Shown: piece by piece, positions 37,200-50,860 of the stretch
How positions within the stretch are numbered: the first letter of the stretch is position 1
How the letters are laid out: each line of letters begins with the position of its first letter
NCBI GenBank assembly: GCA_001938485.1
Contig: MQRK01225506.1
Span: 90,835 to 141,694, forward strand
Reading direction: 5' to 3'
DNA: 50,860 nucleotides
Origin: Girardia tigrina
Lineage: Eukaryota
The notes under the pieces: generated by a model
What the model was told of the DNA's origin: nothing
Database searches by the model: none
What the model saw: only the letters and a program-made list of their open reading frames with translations
Position numbers and translations under genes: made by a program

Positions 37200-40020
37200 G
37201 AGAATTTTGATGATGATGATTTTCTATGACTTTGAAATTGCCGCATTTCAAACACAATGAAGAAAAATAAACTATTTCAAGCTCTCTTCAAGTCATTTGT
37301 TGAAATATATCCAGTGCAAGCCAAGACCTTACTTTAAAAAGATGACGTGGAACTGTGGAACAGAGTTAAGAACGAACCAGTTTTTCAAAACAAAGTTGAA
37401 GATATTCTGCAAAAAATAAAGCTAATAGTAACAAAAAGAAGGAAACTTTGTTAACAATGTTTGCAAGGCAAGAAAACAAGATCATTTCAACTTCAAACTC
37501 TCCTGTAGATGATACTCCGTCAATGTTAACCACACACACAGACATTATAGGGGAAAAATCACAATCCCCAACAAAAAAAAATTTATCAGAGCCTCAGACA
37601 GCTTCATTTTCTGAAAGTCTTCCTTACAAAGCACTTGTGCAGATATGTTGTGCACATGCTGTCTTTTAAGCATTTGGATTAAATAAAGGTTTTTGAAAAT
37701 AAAAAGAAGAAACTGGAATCACAACAGTATATGAAAGTTTTGGAACAGACTCGTAAGCAGCGGAGTCGTGAAAAGTAATATTCCAATACTAAGAGTACCC
37801 TAGGACATTTTCCTTTTTCCAGCTATAACTGAAAGAATTAGTTTCATTTGTTCAGCACACGAAAAGAAAAAGAACAACCACAGCAATCGAAAACTATAAT
37901 TGATATAGTGTGTCATAATTCTACAGTTCATAAAAGAATACAGGAAGATATTTATTGCAGCATAAGAACTCTCAGAGAATTATCAGATGAGCTTAAGAAA
38001 AATACCTCTTTGATATCAAAAAAGCAGTCTATATACGGTTACTTCCAAAGCGCAGCTCTACCATGGAAGGAAAGCTTTATGTTAATATTGTTTCATATCG
38101 TCTGATTAAAGCTCAAAATGACAAAAATGCTTTTCATGTTTAGGGAAAGTTTTGCACAGCATCAATCCATCATTTAGAAGAATTTTCATCACTTTTTGGT
38201 CCAGAACAGGTCTGCTTTTGAAGCCAAGATGACCAAGCAGGAGTGTAAATAGGGGTAACTGCTGCAAATAAATATGTCCCAACGGTCATGCATGTGGACC
38301 ACAGAATTTTTTTGCATATTCCTGATTTCATTGTTGCAGAAGGAATAAAACTCATTCCTACAAGTTATAACTGGAAAAGCCAAATTTACTAGGAAAGACA
38401 AAGGCTGTGGGTTGTGTTGGTCCGATCTATGTTGCTGTAAGACCAGACAAATAATCAAACTCAACTACCTATAGTGATGGTCTGTATTTTGAGTATTTAC
38501 TTCAAATTCCTGAATTCAATAGCATCAAAAAATCTGAAAATGTTGTTAAGCCAATTACTGTCACCATTGTTGATGCAGGCCCTGATGAAAATCAAAGATA
38601 CCAAAAAGTCATTGATGCATCAGTTCATCACTTTTTGAAGCATGAATTGGATGCCCCTTATTTTGAAACAAATGCACCAGTTCGAAGTGCATTTAGCAGA
38701 CTAGAACGCAGAATGGCATTATTATCAAAGGAGCTTACTGGTGTAATATTTCAATATGATCCCTTTGGAACTCATCTGCATTCTCAGGGTCGCACTGGGA
38801 GACATTCGACTTTGAACATGAAGGGAAAGTGCTAGCAAAAATCTGGTCTAATATAATATTTGATGGATATTCAACTGTGTCGGAGTATATTCAACCTAAT
38901 GTGCATGAATTGAAAATCAATGACTTGATTAACAAGTCATCTGATTGGTTTGCTAAGCATGCGCTAAGTAAATATTTTTTGCAAATCGTAAAGTGCACAG
39001 AAGATAATTATTAGTGGTTCTTGGAAACTCGTCAGAATTATTAATATCAGACATTAAAACTTTTATTATACCACAAAAAAATGTTTAAATCTAATATTTA
39101 AACAAATTTATTTTTTTTGAGNNNNNNNNNNNNNNNNNNNNNNNNNNNNNNNNNNNNNNNNNNNNNNNNNNNNNNNNNNNNNNNNNNNNNNNNNNNNNNN
39201 NNNNNNNNNNNNNNNNNNNNNNNNNNNNNNNNNNNNNNNNNNNNNNNNNNNNNNNNNNNNNNNNNNNNNNNNNNNNNNNNNNNNNNNNNNNNNNNNNNNN
39301 NNNNNNNNNNNNNNNNNNNNNNNNNNNNNNNNNNNNNNNNNNNNNNNNNNNNNNNNNNTTTAGTAATTTTATTTTTTCGAATGTTACATATTTAATTATA
39401 TAAAAAATTTTAATTTGTACATATTTAATATAACTTTCTTTCAAAAATTTTCCTAACATTTTTAATTCCTAACAATAATTGTGACTTGAATTTTTGAATT
39501 GATTTGCTGAAAGTTATTCAGGAACAATTTATGCCTCCTCCAGTTCCAATCATTCAAAATTTTTAAGGTCTACAAACAAATCTGCTGACAAAGGTGACCC
39601 AAATTTTCCAAATCTTTTTGTCAGCCAAATGATTAAAGATAAAATTATTCTCAAGAAAAGTTGAACAAGTTCTCACATCTTCCATATGATGTATTTTGCC
39701 CTTCTGTCCAAAGTTCTTTTGGAAGCCGCATCTGCAAATTTTGCGGTTTATATTCTGTCTCGATTATATGTAATGGCAAAAAGCATCAGCTTGTTCACAA
39801 AGCACAATAAGTCTTATAAAACAAAATGAATTGCTGTCAGGTGTCAAATGGAACTTACGACAATAATTGCTTTTAAAAAATGAAGACGTTGAATGATTAA
39901 ATGAAGAAAATATATATGAACAGCTGAATTGTAGGTACCAAAAACTGTAAACGAAGAAAACACACTTCTTCCTTTGATTTCACTTACACAATATCAGAAA
40001 TACCCTTGGGATGAAAACTG
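37200..40020 (+). mobile_element. Zator-like DNA transposon, transposase pseudogene
   Basis: SQDDQAGV*IGVTAANK (38222), VDAGPDENQRY (38569) and TNAPVRSAFSRLERRMALLS (38668) parallel the TP36/ISAZ013-related DDE motifs (DGGPDE, PGxSxxNxxExR). Many stops. Confidence 0.7.
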
Positions 40021-41259
40021 ATTTTTGATTTGATATTCCAAATGTATGATAATTACGAATCTTTATCATAGTACAGGAATGTTATGATAACAGTTAACTG
40101 TACTTTGTGATATTAAGTATTAATAAAGGATTTTTACTGCGTTTATGGGGCCCTCTCTGCGTGTGTTACTTACTGTACACATATTATTTTCTAAATAAAC
40201 CTTTTTATTCAAATTCTTCCTATCTAAACTCATAACTGCATTCTTATCATAACCTATCATAATTATCATAACCTATACATATTTCCTATTTCTTCATAAG
40301 GAAAAAGACCCCCCTTTTTTCTTTATTCGACCATACATTCACTTTTCTCTAGTCTGCAAATCATACTCATGTTTGGGTATGTACGTGCTTATATATTTAT
40401 TTTCAATTAGAAAAGAACAAAAACAAGACTAATTATTTTCAATATTTATAATTGTTATGTACAATTATTACAACAGGTTAAAATTAAGAAAAATCTTCAA
40501 AATTTAATACTAGTGAATTTAGATAGAATGCGAGACAATTAATGTCATTGCGGTTCTGAATTTAAGGTATATACATAATATTATTAATTAAATATATATG
40601 ATATAATTGATATCTCACGCTTTTATTTCGATCTTTTATTAATCATCTAATTTCGAGTTTTTGTTTAACTTCTGCGACTCCTTTTTATATTTAACGACGA
40701 TAACTAATTATTCGACCATTGTGAATCAATAATTCGTTGGTTTGAATAATTAATTCGAAGCTACATCTACGAGTGACATAATTTTAAAGTTAAGTTAATT
40801 AAGGTTTACACTCTTTTTCTCCACTTCTACTTTTATATAATGCTTCTTCTGTTTTATACTTCTCTTCTAATTTTAACTAATTATATCAAGAAATTTATAT
40901 TTTTATCATTATTTTCACATTTTCATAGTTTCATTATTGATGATTGATCTTTTTAATCTTTATATTTATATATTTTTATATTTATTTTAAGATATAAGGT
41001 AGATAAAATCATATTATACCAGTTAAAACAATTCGTTATTTAAAAATTTATTTTTTTCATAAAATAAAATTTTCAATTACTCATCACTCAGTTAATGGTA
41101 AAAAAAATTTTGGAAGAGGGGGAGGGTAACAAATGTTATGACATACTTATTTTAGGGGGGTGTGTTGTGCACCACAACAATTTAACATTATTCAAATTAA
41201 ATTAATTATGTTTAATTAATTTTTATTTTTATTCATTTTAATGTTTTGGTGCCAAAGAT

Positions 41260-42118
41260 AATTTGTATAATGATAAATGAAACTAACGCAGCATTATTTT
41301 TTTCGACCGAAATGATTGAAACCTTGCATAACTTTGACACTATTTGTTATGATGGAACCTTTTTTATTGTGCCGAAAATTTTTGACACAGCTGTTCATCA
41401 TTTATGTACCTAGTGGGCCTCGAATGTTGCCAACATTTTTCGTTCTCATGAAGTCTCACCAATATCTCCATTACAAACTTTCCATGGCAAAAATAAAAGA
41501 GCTGGTTCCCCAATTCAATCCTATTATGGCTATTGGTGACTTTGAAAAAGCCCCAATTCGTGCACTTCGTGAAGAATTCAATGAAATAAATTGTCGAGGA
41601 TGCAATCTTCATTTCAAACAGGCAGTTGTGAAGAAGTCAGTGAACTTGGATTGAAAAACTTCTACACAAAAAATAACCAATTTAACAAGTTGATGAACTT
41701 GGTAATGGCACTCGGTTTCTTGCCCACTGATAAAATCATGATAGTCTTCAACGAATTAGAAGACTTCCTTATTGGATATTCTGACCAACAAAGCAAAATC
41801 GAAGTTTTTTTTCGATACTATCAATGTACATTGTTGACAGATTTATCAATAATCAATTGGTTTAATGCTGCTATCTTGACAAAAAAATTTTCCGAGACCT
41901 TTAATAGGAAGTTGAAATTGAAATTTCGAATACATCATTGTAATCCTTGGGTCTTCACCGAGAAATTGATAAATATTATCGATGACATGAAGTTAGAAAG
42001 CTTACGAATATGAAATAACATAATTCCAATGAGAAATTAATTCCAATGCGAAATTGATTCCAACGCGAAATTAATTCTGTGATAAATTAATTCTAACGCG
42101 TAATTAATTCCGCAACCC
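41260..42118 (+). mobile_element. MULE (Mutator-like) transposase fragment with 3' terminus
   Basis: DGTF, GDFEKA and GCNLHFKQAV motifs; ~17-bp tandem subterminal repeats taattccaatgcgaaat at 42021-42110, ending CCGCAACCC. Confidence 0.85.
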
Positions 42119-42288
42119 ATAAATTTAACAACCATTTTTGATTTATTTCGATGAAAGTATTTGTCGATGAAATTCGTTATAGTATATATTATATTATCGA
42201 TTAATGGTTTAATTTTAATGGTTATAAATTATTTTTTATGGATTTCAATTCGACGAAAGAATAAAAAAAAATTTCAGTGAAAGTTATA

Positions 42289-43147
42289 CAGTGCGGTTCA
42301 TAAGTAAGTTCGCACCCTAACAATTTCAATATTTCTCAATAAAACGATGAAAAAGTCTTTATTATTTTAATTGCATTGTTTAAAATGATTAAAATTGATC
42401 ATAATCTTGTATTTAATTTAAATATTTATAGATTAATTTCATATTTGATGTTNNNNNNNNNNNNNNNNNNNNNNNNNNNNNNNNNNNNNNNNNNNNNNNN
42501 NNNNNNNNNNNNNNNNNNNNNNNNNNNNNNNNNNNNNNNNNNNNNNNNNNNNNNNNNNNNNNNNNNNNNNNNNNNNNNNNNNNNNNNNNNNNNNNNNNNN
42601 NNNNNNNNNNNNNNNNNNNNNNNNNNNNNNNNNNNNNNNNNNNNNNNNNNNNNNNNNNNNNNNNNNNNNNNNNNNNNNNNNNNNNNNNNNNNNNNNNNNN
42701 NNNNNNNNNNNNNNNNNNNNNNNNNNNNNNNNNNNNNNNNNNNNNNNNNNNNNNNNNNNNNNNNNNNNNNNNNNNNNNNNNNNNNNNNNNNNNNNNNNNN
42801 NNNNNNNNNNNNNNNNNNNNNNNNNNNNNNNNNNNNNNNNNNNNNNNNNNNNNNNNNNNNNNNNNNNNNNNNNNNNNNNNNNNNNNNNNNNNNNNNNNNN
42901 NNNNNNNNNNNNNNNNNNNNNNNNNNNNNNNNNNNNNNNNNNNNNNNNNNNNNNNNNNNNNNNNNNNNNNNNNNNNNNNNNNNNNNNNNNNNNNNNNNNN
43001 NNNNNNNNNNNNNNNNNNNNNNNNNNNNNNNNNNNGATCAATTTTAATCATTTTAAACAATGCAATTAAAATAATAAAGACTTTTTCATCGTTTTATTGA
43101 GATATATTGAAATTGTTAGGGTGCGAACTTACTTATGAACCGCACTG
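42289..43147. mobile_element. Tc1/mariner-type element with long TIRs (interior in gap)
   Basis: TA|CAGTGCGGTTC; inverted repeat of at least 112 bp (42289-42400 vs 43036-43147) with one mismatch; TA duplication. Confidence 0.9.
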
Positions 43148-43229
43148 TATATACCTTACTCCTTTATGATTTTAACTATATATTACTTAATAATGAACTT
43201 TATGTAATTATTATTGAACTTTATTACAA

Positions 43230-43970
43230 CATAAAGGAAACTACAACAGAAGGAAAAAGTGGAGAAAATGAAAATAAAAATATAATTGAAACAAAGCGAA
43301 TATTTCAGGTCGCAGATAAAGTCTTGATAAAGAAAGTTAACCCATCAAAAGATGATGACCGTTATATGGGACCAGCTAAAATTATAAAGCAAAGACACGA
43401 TAGAAGTTATGAGATACAACTAGAGGACGGCAGAATCTTGATCAGAAATGTAGAATGGCTAAAGCCATTTAAACCGAGGGGGATGTGAGGAATATTTTAA
43501 ATTGTTTGAATGTGTATATGTATGGATGCTGTACGTTGATTTAAGTATGTTGAATTTAGAATTGTGATTCTCCCACCCAGATGGAAATTGGTATATTTAA
43601 AAAATATTTAGCATTTAAATTTAAAGTCATTGATTATTCGAAGATAATTAAAAAAATCATTTGTTAAGTTTATATTTTTGATTTCATAATTAAAATTAAG
43701 TTTAATAATTTTTAGTAAAATTTAAATTGAATGCATTTTTTATAATTTGATGACATTTTCATTATTTTGGGATTTATTAAGAAATTGTAAAAATTATTAT
43801 TTTTTAATTAATATTTTTAGAGGTTAAATATTTTAAAAAATAACTTAGAAAATTATTCGAATAATTACGATTAAAAACAGAAATAAGAAAGCCAATTAGA
43901 AGGATGACAAACGATGAAAGACTTTCTGAGAGTCATAATGACTCTAAATGTGATTGTAATAAAAATTCAA
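43230..43970 (+). mobile_element. 3' end of a Gypsy element: integrase tail, PPT and 3' LTR
   Basis: FQVADKVLIK...RYMGPAKIIKQRHDRSY...RNVEWLK is similar to the element B tail; PPT gaggggga is followed by TGTGAGG at 43484. Confidence 0.8.
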
Positions 43971-46900
43971 ACAGGACTTGTTTAAATGTTCTTAATAAAA
44001 AAATCATTTGATAAGTTCATATTTTTAATTTCACCAATATAATTTGTTAATGTGGATAAACAAATCCATCCCAAAAGTGCAAAAAAGACTGAATAGAAAT
44101 ATTAAAAATAGTAAAATTAAAACAAATAAAAGTCATGTTACGCTTAATTAGCCTTCCAAAAATTTTCTGAAAATTCTATTTTTGGAAAGTCCAAAAATGG
44201 CACTGACGTGTTCCAATAAAAGTTGATCGTACAATTCCAAAACGTACTTGGACCAATTAAGAACGGATACGCGAAAATTCTAAAACAGAATCCCAGTATA
44301 AATACTGAGGATTTTGCAGAAAATCAGAACAAACAAAAAAGAAGAAGCAAAAAATTGAAAAACTAATTCGAGAATTAATTGAGAATCAATTTCGTTGACC
44401 GAACCGTAAAAAAAAGAAACAAAATTCGTGATTCAAAAACAACTTTTTGTTACAACGAAGAAGACAACATGAAGTTGGTATCGTTATTTTTCACAGAGGG
44501 ATCAAGTAATGCGTTACTCTCTCTCTCGGTCCCCGTAATTAAAAATTATGTAATGGGCGGATTGATGGTTTCTTTTTGGTTAAATTAATTTTCACTGGAT
44601 CGATTTATTTAAATTTTTTGTAAATTTGGATCGACATTTGACGATTTCACAAAACGGCCCTCTTTAGGGCCAAAAATGGTGATTGGACAGTAAATTTTGA
44701 TAAAAAGAAATCGAAAACAAGACACGACTTGAAGAACTCTGGGCGTGGCTGCCGCGCTCAACCTGCCGCTCTGCGATCACGCTTTTAATTTTTAATTAAA
44801 ACTAAGGTGGAGAAACTCAGTTCACATAAATATGTGGTGTAAAATGGCAGTAAAATTCAATAGTATTAGTCTGGGTTGATTGCATGAAAGTAGTACTCAA
44901 ATTTTTGTTGCAGCAATGTTAAATGTTGTTGAGCCAAATCCAAAATTATTTGTGTGTTTTCAATCCTGATGTGGTTGTTCCTTTGAAACATTTATAGTGA
45001 TCCTTGTTTTAACAATGTCTGCCAAAGTTCCAGTTTCGATTTGAATCCGTTTAATTTGTCAGAGCAATAAATTTTTATTCGGACACTGCATTTTTTGATT
45101 AAGTTTATTCATGTGTTCTAATATATCAGCCATGTATGCTATTTTGACAATCCAATGATTATTTTCGCAGAGCTGATGTAGTTCTGACATATTTTGATTA
45201 AGTAGAAACTGACTATCCTGGTGACGAAGATCAAGTAATCTGACCAAAACTTTACCTCGGGATAGCCAGCATACTTCAGTGTAATACAACAAGGATGTAT
45301 ATTCTGATCACATTTCTATGCATAATGCTTCGAAAATTCGCGAATTTAGGGTTCTTGATCTAACGATTTTTATGATTTTCACGCTTTAGCTCATTGTTTG
45401 TAATAATTCTTCATTAAAGTTCCTAGCCATCAATGCTTCGCGATGTATGCAGCAGTGTGTAAATTTTAATATCGGATTTTGTCGTTTTATACATGAGACA
45501 AACCCCTTTTTATTGCCCATCAGTGCAAACGCTTATGCAATTGCTCCATTGAATTTCATAAATTTCGAAGAAATCATTTGTTAAACGGAAAATTTACTCT
45601 CCAATTCTTGAGATTGGAAGCTCTTTGCAAAATAAATAATGTTCTTTTATTGAATACTCGTCAACAAAACATACAATACTAATCAGTTGTGCTGGGTTTT
45701 CAATGTCTTTTGATCGTCGATCTAAAGGGGAATTTTTTTGGCCGTTTTTAGTTTTTTAATCAGTGTTTCAACAACATCGCTCGACATATCACCAATACGT
45801 CTTTTAATAGTATCAGCTGACAAATAAATTTTACTAATTTCTTTAACTTCATTAGACCAAAACAATATTCGAACTATTTCCATGCACGCTAGTTTGATAA
45901 GCTTCTCACAAATTGTATGAAGTTTTTTCTGACGCGCAATTAGTTTTACAACATGAAAACTAGCTTCCAACGCTTTTTCAGAAACTGTGAAAGACGTAGT
46001 CATAATTTGCGTCTGTTTAAGATTTTGATTTAAACACCGCTTAAAATTAGTTATCTTTCTTGGCGTAAGTGGGATGTTTTGAATTTACATGGCGAATCAG
46101 TTTACTTTGTACCATGGCCTCATTAGAAAGCTGTTCTCTGCATATGACACATTCTGGTTTCGGAGAAGTTTCTTCACCACACCATGAAAATCCATATGCA
46201 ATGTACTCATCATTGTAGAGCCTTATTGAAATCTTCGGTATTTTGCGAACACAGCACGTACTGGGTTCATCATCATTTGGTGATGATGCAACATTTTCTT
46301 TCCGCAAAAACTTGTCCATATTAAAATAAAATTTCCAATTGATGTAATCTTTACTGTATTGCCCACAATTTGTAAAATTTAATTTAAATTTTGAATTATT
46401 TTTTTTTAAATGTTTGCAGAATTTGACATTTGATATTCACATGTTCTAATCCAATTTAACTTTATCATTTTTACGATCCATAATTTTGTTGTTTCCTAGC
46501 AACTTGTGATCGAAATAATTGGACAAACATTATTACAAATAATTAAAATAAAAACAATTGGAAATAAAACTTCAATTGAATTTTGTTTCAATAATATATT
46601 TTTTGATTGTTTTTTAATTGTTATGCGATCCGAGATTTGCCAAAGTAACATGAGCAATTATCGCAAAACACAAAAAAACTAAGAAATACTTACTTTATTT
46701 TAGTTACAACAGCAATTATTATTTTGTTAAATAATATCGATTTTTTTAATTTAAACAAATACTTTTAAGATTTAACAATTTAGAAAATTAAAACTTTAAA
46801 TTTACAGACTTTTTTCTTATTTAAATAAAAATAACATTATCTATTATTCAAAAACACAAGAAAAAATTAAAAATACTTACTTTATTTTAGTTTCAAAATA

Positions 46901-47982
46901 AGACTTTTCAGGAATTTTTCTATTTATTAAAAATTACACTAAATAATTATTACAGAACACAAAATTAAATATTAAAACGATTACTTTATTTTATATTGCA
47001 CTTTAAACTTATCGAACTTTCAAATTGTCACTAACAAATGAAAGGAAAATTATTTAATGATACACGAAATTTTTTTTAAAGTTTTTTTCGATTTCAAGAG
47101 AAATCGCTGTAAATATTGCTAAGGCTTAACGATGCCATTTGTTTTTTTGTAAACTGATAAAGTGTTTTCTTTGCATTTTAAAATTTATTTGTGATTTTTT
47201 TTCTTAGAGGAATGTGTTAAGACCAGTGAGTTTTTCCTTCACGTCAGCCTCGGGCCTATTCATTGCACCAGCACCGAGACAGGCGAAGGAAAAACTCCCT
47301 AAATCAAAAAAACAAAAATAAAACATATTATAATTTATAATTAATTAATTAAAAAATAGAAACTTTTAATTGGTTTTGACCCTTGGATCCTGTCGATTTT
47401 AATATTTTCTTGTGAGAATTTGATGGCCTGATTTGTTGACGTGGGTTTAATCGGAATTTTGGCCATCTCCGGGTTGTTTCTACCTTAGGACTGTTGACTT
47501 AGTGATGGATGATTGAAGGTTGACTGTGAGAATTGTCTGCTTGCTGGTTCTGTGAGTTTTTGTGACGAAAGATTAGTATAAATTCGTCTGAATTGTACAC
47601 TCTACCAGATTTTTTTATTCATCAAATATATTTTTAAAAAAGAATTTGACTTGGTAAATTTTACCTTTTATTTTTTTTGTTGTTGATGGAGGTTTGGAGA
47701 TGTCCTCATGGTTGCCGATCCGTCGATGAGTAACGGCAGGTGCTGATAGTGCCTGCCGAGACTGTTGACGATCAGGCAGTAAATATTTCTCGAGGATATT
47801 TGAAAGTTACCGACCTGTCAATAAGGAACGGCGGGTGCTTTTAGTGCCTGTCGGGCCTGTCGAGGATCTGGTTGTGAAAAGACGTTATCGTTAAACTGAG
47901 GATTTGTCTTTACTTATCTCCATCAAATATTCTTTTTTTGTTTTATTACATCAATGAATCCACTTTTCATCCTCATTTAGTA

Positions 47983-48807
47983 ATGAATCGACCGATTTAT
48001 GAAAAAGAAGATAGAGGGTTGCTTCGTGAGCTTCAGAAAAGGAGGGAAGAAATCGACAGAATTAAAAAAGAGTTGTCCGAAAAAACAACAGAGCTCGAGG
48101 AATACAGAAGAATTTCCGTTCCTTTATCCGTACACAAACCGATGGTGGACAAATAACTGTTATCGCAACAAAAAATAAAGGCCTTACAAGCTGAAATTAC
48201 CCAGTTAAGGATTCAACAAAATATGTTGGAGTACCACAAAAAGATAATAAAGAAACTTTCCCAAGAAGATCCTGCGATGATCTTGGAGACTGCTTCTAGA
48301 ATTGCAGCAAAGGAACCCATGGATGCGAAAGATGTAAACCTTGCTTCATCTTCAACAATTCATGCGTCTATCGCAAAGGAAGATATGATGACATCAATAA
48401 CCAGCAAAATGAGCCGAACAAAGAAAAGGCGCGAGCAAAGAAAACGAAAGGCGCAACTATTCCAACAAGCAGAAATTGAATTAAAAGAGATTCAAGGTTC
48501 AGACCATCCCGATTCGTACCAAAAGAAGCAGAAACATACCCGGCAAAGTGGCTTAGAATTAGAAGAGACTCCTTGCTTTAATATAAATGAACAATCCATT
48601 GCTACAGACCCTGGTGGTGTATTCAATGAAATGCAAAAATTGTTCGAGGTTAAATCAAAGGAAAAAAATCCTCAAGGAACAACAAGCTCGCCTTCGCTTT
48701 CGATCCATTACGACTGGACAGGGAGAGGAGTTTATAGTTTTATCAGATTCGGAAAATTGATGATGAGGAGTGGATTAATTGACTTATTGGATGATTTCAA
48801 ATTTTAA
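47983..48807 (+). pseudogene. Intronless ~274-codon ORF of unknown function with one in-frame stop
   Basis: ORFs 47938-48156 and 48223-48807 are in the same frame, separated only by TAA 48154-48156; coiled-coil-like N-terminus and basic RTKKRREQRKRK. Confidence 0.55.
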
Positions 48808-48999
48808 TCAATATTTAATATGCAAAGTTTTGTTCATATTCTTTTAACTTTAATCTCTGATATGAAATTGATAAACTCATAATAAGCAATATAATAATCA
48901 AATAAAAAAGGAAACATGTTGAGAAAGAATAAAATAATCAATTAATTAAATAGAAGTGGCATAAATCAACTTTCATAGACCTAATATATTTAAATATAA

Positions 49000-49231
49000 T
49001 GTAGGACCCCAGTAGGTACTTAATCAGCTTCACTGGCGAGATAAAAGGGCCAGATGGGGTTGATGGGGTACGATATGGATCTCTAATAAGTGTGAGTTAG
49101 AAGCACTTAGAGGAGAGACATATCTAAATAATATGTTGGGTCAAAATAAACTAAGATGCTAAAGCATAACATGAAACACCTGAATTTAAATTAATAAAAT
49201 TTAAATAATAATATAAAATCCAGCACCAACA
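49000..49231 (+). repeat. Probable solo LTR
   Basis: TGTAGG...CCAACA termini, GC-richer 5' part, internal AATAAA; TSD matches only 3 of 4 (ataa/atat). Confidence 0.45.
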
Positions 49232-49785
49232 ATATCGCACCCAACAAATGAATATTTTTTTTAAAAATTATTGAAGAAAATTATTTTTTGAAGAATTTCT
49301 TATGCATTCGCTGCGGCACACCGGTTGCGGAGCACTGTTCTATTCAACTACCCGTCATAAAATCAAGTATTAAGTTATTTTTAAAACCTTATTATTAATT
49401 GGTAAATTGATATTCTTAAATATTGGTATATCACGTTTAACTTTTCATTTTTTTGAATAGCGAAATATAATTTACACCAATATTGCAACAGAGAGATAAA
49501 TTATGCATGTATTACAGAAGTCTTGAATTGTATTGTATACCACTTAAATAAACATAATAAACACAAACACAAAAATGTTTATTATCAAAATTCTGTTTCT
49601 CATTAAATTTCGAATTCATACCATATAATTAATAGTTTCAAATCGAATAGCGGAAACTTGTTCAAAAATGAAATGAACTAAATTATTACTTTTTAATTGA
49701 TACACCATTATTTTAAATTTTCTTTATTTCCAAACTTTATATTTAAATATTTTTAAACAAAATTTCTTTGTAAAGAAATTCCTAG

Positions 49786-49824
<39 letters not shown>

Positions 49825-50005
49825 AAAATTTTTATAACAGAAATTAAATTAATTGGGAAACCGATTCGTTGTTTAAATTTATTAACGTGTATCTGAAAAT
49901 TTAAAATTCAAAAAATACAGAAAACCAATTTATTTCATTTTTTTTTTAAAATTTTAATTTCATTATTTTACACGTATACATTCTCTATGCTCATTTAAGT
50001 CGATT

Positions 50006-50400
50006 ATGAAATTCTTTTTCACGAGCGCTATTTTCTGGATGTTTAAAAATTTCGATTTGATTTCAATAATTCTCGCGACTTGTTTGACTTGGATTAGTCG
50101 ATTTGATTTTTCTAAAAGGTAGAGATAAGATTTTTGTTGAGAACGAAATGAACAAATATGACCATTGTTGTTTTCTTCTCTTCCAGTGTCACGGTGATCG
50201 TCAGAGACCAATTGTCTCCGGAACCGTTCTTTCTTTCGACTTCTGTCGTTCACGATTATTCCAATGGGAGTCTCGAGTCCGCTCTCAGACGATTCCCCAA
50301 TCGTGATCTGATAATCGTCTATTCATATTCTCACTGGGACGCAGAAAGTTTGACACACAAAGACGAAATTGAGCGATTTGCGGAAGCCGTGCAATACAGG
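50006..50400 (+). CDS. TXNDC11: First two exons of a TXNDC11-like ER membrane thioredoxin-fold protein (continues downstream)
   Basis: Exons 50006-50118 and 50187-50400 join through a phase-2 68-bp GT-AG intron. Hydrophobic LISIILATCLTWI, then PEPFF..SVVHDYSNGSL...DLIIVYSYSHWDAES...EIERFA, which resembles TXNDC11 PPVSFF..SPVLDL..GQL...VLLFFYAPW..S...EIEQAA. Donor GT at 50401. Confidence 0.72.
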
Positions 50401-50860
50401 GTGAAATTATAGTTCTATTCATACTGTATAGTAATCTGATTTTAACATAAGTTTTATATTTTATTTACATTTGATTGCTCTTAATTGTATTTTTTTCATC
50501 ATTTAAGAACAAAACAAAGAAAAAATAAGCGCTTCAAAAAATCATACGTCATTGAAATAATGGATAAAACATATTTTAACAGTAAATATATTTAACAGTG
50601 GTAAAATATTCATTAAAACAATGATTAATCCCGAGTACATATGATGCATACACCGAGTTAACGCAAATATCCCTCATCACATTTTGCATTTAACCTAATT
50701 TTCCATGCTTTATATTAGCTTGCTTTCTCTCTATATATATGTATATAACAGAATTTTAAAAAAAATACTAAGCACTTTTCATAATGCACTCAAAAGGACA
50801 AAATAACTTTTCTGGGTCAGAAAAGACAATTTTAGTGTACCCTCAGTTTTCAATTATTCC

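Larger units (their letters stand above)
44800..49337 (-). mobile_element. Second Buster-type hAT element (transposase pseudogene from 46319 to about 44800, 3'-truncated)
   Basis: BED finger CVICREQLSNEAMVQSKLIRH; THCCIHREAL; TEVCWLSRG; probable 5' TIR CAGTGCTCCGCAACC at 49337 flanked by an nnnTAnnn site (ttctattc). Confidence 0.85.

Noticed and set aside
42021-42110. CRISPR-like repeat array
   Set aside because: Head-to-tail ~17-bp repeats with no unique spacers, at a MULE terminus in a eukaryotic genome.
42376-43060. Long ORFs spanning N runs (also near 1817-2422 and 39091-39459)
   Set aside because: Their length comes from assembly gaps.
9162-49337. 40-kb composite hAT transposon bounded by inward-facing CAGTG termini
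   Set aside because: The 8-bp flanks differ (atcgaaac vs ttctattc), and each end is better explained as the 5' TIR of its own transposase.

Overview
AT-rich eukaryotic (animal) scaffold with several N gaps, 42-68 bp GT-AG introns and TTAGGG-like repeats; a flatworm such as a planarian is plausible but this is inference. Most of the window is nested, decayed transposons: Ty3/Gypsy LTR elements (one structurally complete, 10789-15818), two Buster-type hAT elements, Penelope-like, Tc1/mariner, MULE and Zator-like remnants, a Helitron, and piggyBac and pogo MITEs. Two host genes can be spliced by hand: an intact 3-exon secreted, GPI-type Ly6/uPAR-like gene (33540-34134, minus) and the first two exons of a TXNDC11-like gene (50006-50400, plus). 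The main finding is a 2.16-kb non-autonomous LTR retroelement (17043-19199, minus). It has LTRs identical over the visible 124 bp, a 5-bp TSD and a tRNA-Leu PBS. Its interior is an intronless copy of the germline RNA-binding gene boule, fused in frame behind a presumed element-derived N-terminus and followed by an integrase GPY tail.
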